From Candidatus Aminicenantes bacterium (GTDB lineage: Bacteria > Acidobacteriota > Aminicenantia > UBA2199), in the NCBI GenBank assembly GCA_963732485.1, contig CAVSZS010000010.1, positions 7,573-71,572 on the forward strand: a DNA stretch of 64,000 nucleotides. The letters run 5' to 3'. A model generated the notes under the pieces. The model ran no database searches, was not told the DNA's origin, and was given only the letters and a program-made list of their open reading frames with translations. Positions 13,271 through 20,079 of the stretch are shown piece by piece (the stretch's first letter is position 1; each line of letters begins with the position of its first letter). A program made the translations under genes and the position numbers.

Positions 13271-13978
13271 CTAGCTATCACTACCACTATCACTACCACT
13301 CTGTCTTGTATGGCTCTTGCTGACACTGACACTGACACTGATCACTGATCGGTTCGGACTTGATTTCGCTTTGATATCGGGTATTTTCTCCAAAAACAGG
13401 TATATTTCCCGGCAAACCCAGGCGTCGGTGGCGGCATACAGGATCTGGGCCGGGGCCAGCTCGAAACGTTCCCAGTTGGAGCACTGGGCCCCCTTGGAGA
13501 TGCGAAATCCCAGGAGCTGGGCCGCCAGCGTGCGCACGCCGTTGGCCTTGATCCCCTTTTTCGCCGCCATTTTTCCCAGGTCGATAAAGCCGTCCGGAGC
13601 GAAATCCATGATTTCGTGCAGTTTTTCGATGTCACCGTTCACGGCAACGCCGGTCTTGATGACGCGGTCATCAGAAAACAAAGCGTCCAACACATGCACG
13701 TGCTTCACTTTCTTCAATTGCACGAGAAATACCTTCTTTTTGCCGGCCAGCTGCAGCAACGCCGGGGAAAAATGGTCGCCCACCTTGAAGGTCGGCCGGA
13801 TCTCGATATCAAAGCCCAATATCTTTTCGGCAAGGATTTCGGGCATGGCCAAGCGCAGCTTTTCGTCGCCGTCGATGACCGTCACCGGGCCTTCGTATTT
13901 TTTCAGCGGCAGCAGGTTGATGTCGGCCTTGCTGATGACCGGAGCCGGATGCGGGCGTGAGTGGGGTTGTTGTTCCAT
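13271..13978 (-). CDS. 3'-5' exonuclease domain protein (RNase D / DnaQ-like)
   Basis: 235 aa; DEDDy-type motifs (ILGFDIEIRPTF..., YAATDAWVCREIY). C-terminal residues (SVSVSVSKS...SDSGSDS) are translation of the microsatellite at 13275-13350. Confidence 0.65.
   Translation of the reverse strand: MEQQPHSRPHPAPVISKADINLLPLKKYEGPVTVIDGDEKLRLAMPEILAEKILGFDIEIRPTFKVGDHFSPALLQLAGKKKVFLVQLKKVKHVHVLDALFSDDRVIKTGVAVNGDIEKLHEIMDFAPDGFIDLGKMAAKKGIKANGVRTLAAQLLGFRISKGAQCSNWERFELAPAQILYAATDAWVCREIYLFLEKIPDIKAKSSPNRSVISVSVSVSKSHTRQSGSDSGSDS
13275..13350. repeat. Stop-rich microsatellite block (CTATCACTACCACT x2; TGACAC/TGATCAC x5)
   Basis: ctatcactaccactatcactaccact ... ctgacactgacactgacactgatcactgatc; overlaps the 3' end of the exonuclease gene. 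Confidence 0.6.
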
Positions 13979-14004
13979 GGAGGGGTCATTGTAGCATAAG
14001 AGAA

Positions 14005-14033
14005 GTCAGTAGTCAGTAGACAGTAGTCAGTAG
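14005..14033. repeat. TCAGTAG heptamer repeat arm (agtcagtagtcagtagacagtagtcagtag)
   Basis: Period-7 repeat placing TAG in all three frames; same family as 15071, 39248, 40446, 43243. Confidence 0.65.
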
Positions 14034-14092
14034 AAAGAAAAAGGCAATAAACTGGAAATTGAAGGAAAGAGCAGGAAGGAACAAGAAAGAAA

Positions 14093-14167
14093 TGGCAGGG
14101 CTACGGGGAGTCGAACCCCGGTTTAATGACTGAGAATCACTCGTCCTAACCACTAGACGATAGCCCC
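14093..14167 (-). tRNA. tRNA-Glu (anticodon CUC)
   Basis: Reverse complement GGGGCTATCGTCTAGTGGTTAGGACGAGTGATTCTCAGTCATTAAACCGGGGTTCGACTCCCCGTAGCCCTGCCA. Acceptor 7 bp, anticodon loop TTCTCAG, T-arm GGGGTTCGACTCCCC, encoded CCA. Confidence 0.8.
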
Positions 14168-14184
14168 GGCCGTTATGGAGTTTG

Positions 14185-14258
14185 TGGCTGGGATGCAGGG
14201 ACTCGAACCCCGATCATATGATCCAGAGTCATATGTCCTGCCATTGGACGACATCCCA
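14185..14258 (-). tRNA. tRNA-Gln (anticodon CUG)
   Basis: Reverse complement TGGGATGTCGTCCAATGGCAGGACATATGACTCTGGATCATATGATCGGGGTTCGAGTCCCTGCATCCCAGCCA. Perfect 7-bp acceptor TGGGATG/CATCCCA, anticodon loop CTCTGGA, T-arm CGGGGTTCGAGTCCCTG, CCA encoded. Confidence 0.8.
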
Positions 14259-14268
14259 ACGCAGGGAA

Positions 14269-14298
14269 ATTATACCCGAGATTTTTTTTTCTGTCAAC
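14269..14298 (-). promoter_or_regulatory. Consensus sigma-70 promoter for the tRNA-Gln/tRNA-Glu pair
   Basis: Minus strand: TTGACA (14293-14298) - 17 nt - TATAAT (14269-14274), about 9 nt upstream of the mature tRNA-Gln 5' end. Confidence 0.65.
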
Positions 14299-14332
14299 CG
14301 TTTTTAATCGGCGTCGCAGCAAAAAGCAAGTC

Positions 14333-15013
14333 CTAGGCCTTGGAGGCGCCGTAATACTTGCGGATGAATTTTTCCTGCACGGCGTAGGACCAGTGCACGT
14401 CGCGCAGGAAGAGCGCCGCCGACTGCGGGTCGCCGGCAGCCAGGAAATCGATGATCTCCTGGTGCTCGCGAATCGACGACTCCTCCCACTCCTTGATCCA
14501 TTGCCGCTTCTGCGGAAAATCATAGAGCCGCTTCTTCAGGTTGTTGATGATGCGCTCCAGGTTGCGGTTGCCGCAGAGACTGATGAAGGCATCGTGGAAG
14601 CGCAGGTTCTTGTCATAGAACAGCTCGTAGTCGTCGGCGTCGATCGCCTTCTGCATCTGGCGGTTCAGCATATCCATTTTCTTGACGCCCGCGACACCCA
14701 GCCCGGGAAAGGTGGTTGTCAGGGCCGTGCTCTCCAGGGCGCCGATCACCTGGTAGAATTCGCGTATCTCTTCCAGGGGCAGCGAATTGACGAATATCCC
14801 CCGGCGCGGGCTGATGGTGACAAAGCCCTCCATTTCCAGCTGGATCAGGGCGTCGCGCAATGGCGTCCGGCTGATGCCCAGTTTTTTGGCGGTGGCATCC
14901 ATGTTGATGGTCTCGCCCGGCTGCAGGCGATGCTTCTGGAACTGCTGGCGCAGGTAGTCGTACACCTGTTCTTTCAACGATTTCAGCACCAGGCCGCCCA
15001 TGGCTTTCTGCAT
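14333..15013 (-). CDS. GntR-family transcriptional regulator (FadR/FCD C-terminal domain)
   Basis: N-terminal GntR wHTH (VYDYLRQQ...TINMDATAKKLGISRTPLRDALIQLEMEGFV) + FCD domain. Start at ATG 15011-15013 (MQKAMGG); divergent from the GRE-activase gene. Confidence 0.8.
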   Translation of the reverse strand: MQKAMGGLVLKSLKEQVYDYLRQQFQKHRLQPGETINMDATAKKLGISRTPLRDALIQLEMEGFVTISPRRGIFVNSLPLEEIREFYQVIGALESTALTTTFPGLGVAGVKKMDMLNRQMQKAIDADDYELFYDKNLRFHDAFISLCGNRNLERIINNLKKRLYDFPQKRQWIKEWEESSIREHQEIIDFLAAGDPQSAALFLRDVHWSYAVQEKFIRKYYGASKA

Positions 15014-15070
15014 GGCGGAAGTATAGCGCAGAAAAATAAAACATGGCAAGTCAGGAAAAAAGTAGTCAGT

Positions 15071-15255
15071 AGCCAGTAGTCAGTAGTCACTAGAACAGCA
15101 GCTCAACGAGCTCTATTCTGTACAACCGCCAAGGGCCCGATCCTAAAAAAAATTTAGTCAGTAGAACAGCTAGTGCACGCTCCTACTAGCCACTGACTAT
15201 GCTCTTCCGAGATTGCTCGCTTCTACTGACTACTGGCTACTGACTACTGTCTACT
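15071..15255. repeat. MITE/BIME-like inverted-repeat element built of TCAGTAG heptamers (33-bp arms, 119-bp spacer with nested imperfect palindrome)
   Basis: Left arm agtagtcagtagccagtagtcagtagtcactag (15071-15103); right arm ctactgactactggctactgactactgtctact (15223-15255) is its reverse complement. Near-identical copy at 43243-43350. Confidence 0.7.
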
Positions 15256-15315
15256 CTCTTTCGTTTTTCCTTATTGACAGGACCGCCGATTACTGATATA
15301 TCAGATATCAGAACA

Positions 15316-16229
15316 ATGGCCATGAAGGGCATGATTTTCGATATCAAAAAATTCGCCGTGCATGACGGCCCGGGCATCCGCAGCACCGTTTTTTTCAAAG
15401 GCTGCCCCCTGCGCTGCCTCTGGTGCCACAACCCCGAGGGCATATCCCCGGCCCGGGAGATCATGGTCTTTTCCGGCCGCTGCCTCAAGGGCTGCCGCGA
15501 CTGCCTGGCCGTCTGCCCGCGGGGGGCGCTGGACAAGCGCCGCGGCGCCATCGTCCTCGACCGCTCGCGCTGCGACGGCTGCGGCGCCTGCGCCGACGCC
15601 TGCGCAGCCGAAGCGCTGCAGGCGACGGGGCGGGAAATGAGCGTCAGCGCGGTGCTGGACGAGCTGGCCAGGGACGCCCCTTTTTATCGCGAATCTGGCG
15701 GCGGCGCCACGTTTTCCGGCGGCGAGCCCCTGCAGCAGCCCGAATTCCTGCGCGAGCTCCTGCGGGCCTGCCGCGGGGAAAAGATCTCCACCGTTGTCGA
15801 CACTTCGGGCCAGGCGCCGTATTCAGACTTCGCGAGCATCCTGCCCCTGGCCGACCTGTTCCTCTTCGACCTGAAGATCGTGGACGACGCCCGCCACCTG
15901 ACGCCTGACCGGCGCCTCCAACCGCCTGTTGCTGGCGAACCTGCAAACGCTTTCCCAAGCCGGCGCGCCGCTGGCCGTCCGCCTGCCGCTGGTCCCCGGC
16001 TGCAACGACGCGATTCGCGACCTGGAGCAGGCTGGCCGACTTTTGCGCCGCCCTGCCCCGGCGCCACCCGGTCCATCTTCTCCCGTATCACCGCGGCTAT
16101 ACCGGCAAGCTCAAACGCCTGGGCCGCGACGCGGCGCTCGACGCCACTCTGCCCCCCAAGGCGTCGGACGTGGAGCAGGCCGCCAATATTTTTCGCGCCC
16201 GTGACCTGATCGTAACCATCGGAGGCTGA
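15316..16229 (+). CDS. Glycyl-radical enzyme activating enzyme (radical SAM, PflA-like) carrying two apparent single-base frameshifts (~15900 and ~16033)
   Basis: N-term MAMKGMIFDIKKFAVHDGPGIRSTVFFKGCPLRCLWCHNPE (CxxxCxxC) plus ferredoxin-like Cys clusters. Continues in frame +1 (RLTGASNRLLLANLQTLSQAGAPLAVRLPLVPGCNDAIRDLEQ), then a third frame (LADFCAALPRRHPVHLLPYHRGYTGKLKRLGRD...IVTIGG*) ending TGA 16227-16229. Confidence 0.6.
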
Positions 16230-16230
16230 C

Positions 16231-18601
16231 ATGAACGCCAGGATCAAGAAACTGCGCGCCCGCTCGCTGCGGGCTGTTCCCGCCCTGTCCAGCGAGCGCG
16301 GCCGCCTGCTGACCCGCTATTACCGCAGTGGCGCCGCCGACGGCCTCTCCGTCCCTCGCCAGCGCGCCGGCGCCTTCGCCTTTCTGCTGGCCAACAAGAA
16401 GATCGCCATCCTCCCCGACGAGCTGATCGTCGGCGAACGGGGCCCGGCGGCCAAGGCCACGCCATCCTACCCCGAGATCACCTGCCATTCCCTGCGCGAC
16501 CTGGACGTGCTGGACAGGCGCGAGAAGACCCGCTTCCGGGTCAGCGCCGCGGTCCGCCGCGATTTCGCCGCCGAGATCATCCCCTATTGGCGCGGCAAGA
16601 CCATGCGCGAGAAACTGTTCGCGCACATGGCGCCCGAATGGCTGGCCGCCTACGAGGCGGGAGTGTTCACCGAGTTCATGGAGCAGCGCGCCCCCGGCCA
16701 CACCGTCTGCGGCGAAAAGATCTACGCCAAGGGGCTCCGCGACCTGCAGGCCGAGGTCCGCGCCAGCCTGGCGGCCCTTGATTTCCTTGCCGACCCGCAG
16801 GCGCTGGCCAGGCAGGAGGAGCTGCAGGCCATGGAAACGGTCGCCGAAGGCATGATCGTGTTCGCCGGCCGCCACGCCGCCAAGGCGCGGCAATTGGCCG
16901 CGCGCGAGAAGAACGCCGCCCGCAAGCGGGAATTGCTGCGCATCGCCGCTGTCTGCGAGCTCGTGCCCGCCAATGCCCCGCGCGACTTCCACGAGGCGCT
17001 GCAGCACTACTGGTTCATCCACCTGGGCGTCATCAGCGAAGCCAATCCCTGGGACGCCTTCAATCCCGGCCGCCTCGACCAGCATCTTCTCCCCTTTTAC
17101 CGCCGCGGCCTGGCCGACGGCAGCCTGACCCGCGAAAAGGCCCGCGAACTGCTGCAGGCCTTCTGGGTGAAGTTCAACAACCACCCCTCGCCGCCCAAGA
17201 AGGGGGTCACGGCCGAGGAGAGCGGCACCTACACCGACTTCGCCCTGATCAACACCGGCGGCGTCGACCCCGAGGGCGAGGACGGCGTCAATGAGGTCTC
17301 GTTCCTGATACTGGAAGTGATCGAGGAGATGCGCCTGCTGCAGCCCAGTTCCATGGTGCAGGTGAGCCGCAAGAACCCCGACGCCTTCCTGCAGCGGGCG
17401 CTGAAGATCGTGCGCAGCGGCTTCGGCCAGCCTTCGCTCTTTAATTCCGAGGCGCTGGTGGCGGAAATGCTGCGCCAGGGCAAGTCGCTGGCCGACGCCC
17501 GTTGCGGCGGCGCCTCGGGCTGCGTGGAGACCGGCGCCTTCGGCCGCGAGGCGTACATCCTGACCGGCTACTTCAACCTGGTCAAGGTGCTGGAGATCAC
17601 CCTCAACAACGGCCGCGATCCGCTCAGCGGCAAACGGATCGGCCTGGAGACGGGTGACCCCGAAAGATTCCCGGACTTCGCCGCCCTGCTGGCCGCCTTC
17701 GAGAAGCAGCTGCGCCATTTCGTCGACATCAAGGTGCGCGGCAGCAACATCATCGATCGCCTCTACGCCCGCGACCTGCCGGTCCCCTTCCTCTCGCTGC
17801 TCATCGACGACTGCATCGCGACTGGCAAGGACTACCACGACGGCGGCGCCCGCTACAACACCTCCTACATCCAGGGTGTGGGGCTGGGAACGACCACCGA
17901 CGCCCTGAGCGCCATCCGCAGCCAGGTGTACGATGAAAAAAGCCTGTCCATGAAAACCCTGCACAAGGCGCTGGCCGCGAATTTCCGCGGCAACGAAAAA
18001 ACCCGCCAGCGGCTGCGCAACAAGTCGCCGCGCTACGGCAACGACGACGACCGCGCCGACGATATCACGCGGGCGCTGTTTGAAATGTTTTTCCGCGCCG
18101 TCGATGACCGGCCCAACATGCGCGGCGGCCGCTACCGCATCAACCTCCTGCCCACCACGGTGCACATCTATTTCGGCAGGAAGACCGGCGCCACCCCCGA
18201 CGGGCGCAAGGCCGGCGAGCCGCTTTCCGAGGGCATCTCGCCGGTGCAGGGCGCCGACCGCTGCGGCCCCACGGCGGTGCTCAAGTCGGCGGCCAAGATC
18301 GACCACCTGCGCACCGGCGGCACGCTGCTCAACCAGAAGTTCACCCCGCAGCTCCTTGCCGGCGACGAGGGCATCGCGCGCCTCGGGCCACCTGGTGCGC
18401 GCCTATTTCGGCATGAACGGCCATCACGTGCAGTTCAACGTGGTCGACGCGGCCACCCTGCGCGCCGCCCAGGCGCACCCCGAGAAATACCGCGACCTGA
18501 TCGTGCGCGTGGCCGGCTACAGCGATTACTTCGTCGACATCGGGACGGATTTGCAGGAAGAGATCATCGCGCGCACCGAGCACCAGGAGTTTGGCGAATA
18601 A
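16231..18601 (+). CDS. Glycyl radical enzyme, PFL2/glycerol-dehydratase-like (eliminase type); frameshift near 18385
   Basis: ATG 16231 with GGAGG 5 nt upstream. ~790 aa with GRE fold; Cys-x-Glu active-site loop (CGGASGCVETGAFG); C-terminal glycine-radical motif RVAGYSDYF appears only in the +1 frame after ~18385 (HLVRAYFGMNGHHVQFNVVDAATLRAAQAHPEKYRDLIVRVAGYSDYFVDI...). Extra G in a ctcgggcc run. Confidence 0.7.
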
Positions 18602-18636
18602 CCGGATTTATTAAAGACTCTTTCTTCCACTCGATT

Positions 18637-19107
18637 CTATTCTAGTTTTTTAAAACGCTCAGCTTCCTCATAGTTACCTAAACTTTCGCAAATTTGTGCC
18701 GCTTCTTTAAAACGCCTTTCGTTTTCCAATCTAGTCAGGTAGAACAATTCAATTTCATTTTTATAAACCTGACTCCAATTATAGACACTTCCATTATGAG
18801 ATGTGCGACTATATCCGCTCAAAGCCATTTCGTAAAAACTCTTCTCTTTTCTAAGTTTTCTTATATCATTAACAATAGTTATCAAACCAACCTTGTCAAA
18901 ACAAATAATAGATGTTTTTATGCCCAGTTCCCTTTCTATTGTCGGATGATATTTTTCGGGAATATCAGAGCCATATGCAGCAAGAATTTTCCTGTTCTCA
19001 GAATTCTCTAAAAGTCCAGCTAGAGTCGAATTCATTTCTTCAGTTATTTTTCTGCAAAACTCAACATCGTCTTCAATCTTCTTAGCATTTTTCCTAAATA
19101 TGCTCAT
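18637..19107 (-). CDS. Hypothetical protein on an AT-rich (~35% GC) island; no recognizable domain
   Basis: 156 aa from ATG 19105-19107 (MSIFRKNAKKIEDDVEFCRKITEEMNSTLAGLLENS...). The longer track ORF extends into the adjacent lipoprotein gene and is trimmed. Composition differs strongly from the ~65% GC flanks. Confidence 0.45.
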   Translation of the reverse strand: MSIFRKNAKKIEDDVEFCRKITEEMNSTLAGLLENSENRKILAAYGSDIPEKYHPTIERELGIKTSIICFDKVGLITIVNDIRKLRKEKSFYEMALSGYSRTSHNGSVYNWSQVYKNEIELFYLTRLENERRFKEAAQICESLGNYEEAERFKKLE

Positions 19108-19219
19108 TAATTTAATATATAATGAAACATGAGATGTTGTCAAATTTAGATATTTTTGCGATAAACGTTGGGAAAACAGGAAGGCACGCCAACGCAGATG
19201 AATGAGTCGAGAATTAGCT

Positions 19220-19933
19220 TTATTGTTGCAGCTTAGCGAAACGTAGTGTGATCGACCCAAAGGTCTTTTCCCCTTCATCGTCCTTGACTGCGAATTGGAT
19301 ATCGATGCTTTCTCCAAGTTTTTCAACTGCATCCACATCAAGCTTCCAAGTAAGGAGCCCCGTAGTGGGATCAAGGATGATATTCTGGTCCAGGGGTGAA
19401 ACAAGCTCATAAAAAAGCATGTCGCCGTCGGGATCGCTGGCAGCCACCTTATACTGGATATTTCCGGGAACTTCAAACGCTGCCATCGGGGCCAAGTTGA
19501 GGATGGGCAGGGAATTGCGAACGCGAATGATATCGCTGCGGTGAAAGGGAGAGTCCTGCCGGCCGGCCACGACTCTGGCTTGGCAAAAGAGCCAAGCCCC
19601 TTTTTTCAGGCTGGACTTCTGCATGGTATCGCCGTTGGCCTGCTCGACCTCATGGCCGTTGATGAACCACTGGTATTGGAACTCGACGTTCTCTCTTCCG
19701 GGACTGGCCAGCACCGGCACGGCCGTGACGTCATCCAGTACGGAGGGAGCCTCAGGCGTAAGGGTGAGCGAAATGATGCGCAGGCTCGCATCACCTTTAG
19801 AAGAGACGATTGGCGCTCGCAAGGGCGCGTTTTTTTCTTGATCCAGAATCTGCTGCGCAGAGTTCGCCTTGCCTTTCGAGCAGGATAAAAAGGCCAAAAT
19901 CAGCATGAGAACACCCAGGAATGCATTCTTCAT
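19220..19933 (-). CDS. Exported lipoprotein with cadherin-like/Ig-like (He_PIG-type) domain
   Basis: Signal peptide + lipobox (LAFLSC); C-terminal LFYELVSPLDQNIILDPTTGLLTWK motif typical of putative Ig/cadherin-like domains. SD GGAGGT 8 nt upstream of ATG. Confidence 0.6.
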   Translation of the reverse strand: MKNAFLGVLMLILAFLSCSKGKANSAQQILDQEKNAPLRAPIVSSKGDASLRIISLTLTPEAPSVLDDVTAVPVLASPGRENVEFQYQWFINGHEVEQANGDTMQKSSLKKGAWLFCQARVVAGRQDSPFHRSDIIRVRNSLPILNLAPMAAFEVPGNIQYKVAASDPDGDMLFYELVSPLDQNIILDPTTGLLTWKLDVDAVEKLGESIDIQFAVKDDEGEKTFGSITLRFAKLQQ

Positions 19934-19969
19934 GATTCATACCTCCGGCTTTAGCGCTTTATGCCCATT

Positions 19970-19998
19970 ATTATATGAAGTTTGCATTCCTTTTTCAA
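19970..19998 (-). promoter_or_regulatory. Sigma-70 promoter for the lipoprotein gene
   Basis: Minus strand TTGAAA (19993-19998) - 17 nt - TATAAT (19970-19975). Confidence 0.5.
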
Positions 19999-20017
19999 AT
20001 GGCAGTAGCGTGCCGGC

Positions 20018-20056
20018 TGAATAAAAAGCGGAAGCACCCAAGGGGCGCGCTTCCGC
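20018..20056 (-). terminator. Rho-independent terminator after pilY1
   Basis: Minus-strand transcript: GCGGAAGC-gcgccccttgggt-GCTTCCGC followed by TTTTTATTCA. Confidence 0.6.
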
Positions 20057-20079
20057 CGCTGCACAACTGTTGCCAGTTC

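Noticed and set aside
15071-15255. Inverted-repeat elements as integron attC sites (cassette array)
   Set aside because: Sizes (50-180 bp) are attC-like, but there are no GTTRRRY/RYYYAAC core sites, no intI integrase or attI/Pc nearby, and the arms are simple heptamer microsatellites rather than attC R/L boxes.
16111-18306. 731-aa minus-strand ORF antisense to the glycyl radical enzyme
   Set aside because: High-GC antisense artefact; no motifs.
18637-19476. Full 279-aa track ORF for the AT-rich gene
   Set aside because: The upstream 123 codons overlap the lipoprotein gene (19220-19933) on the same strand in another frame; trimmed to the ATG at 19107.
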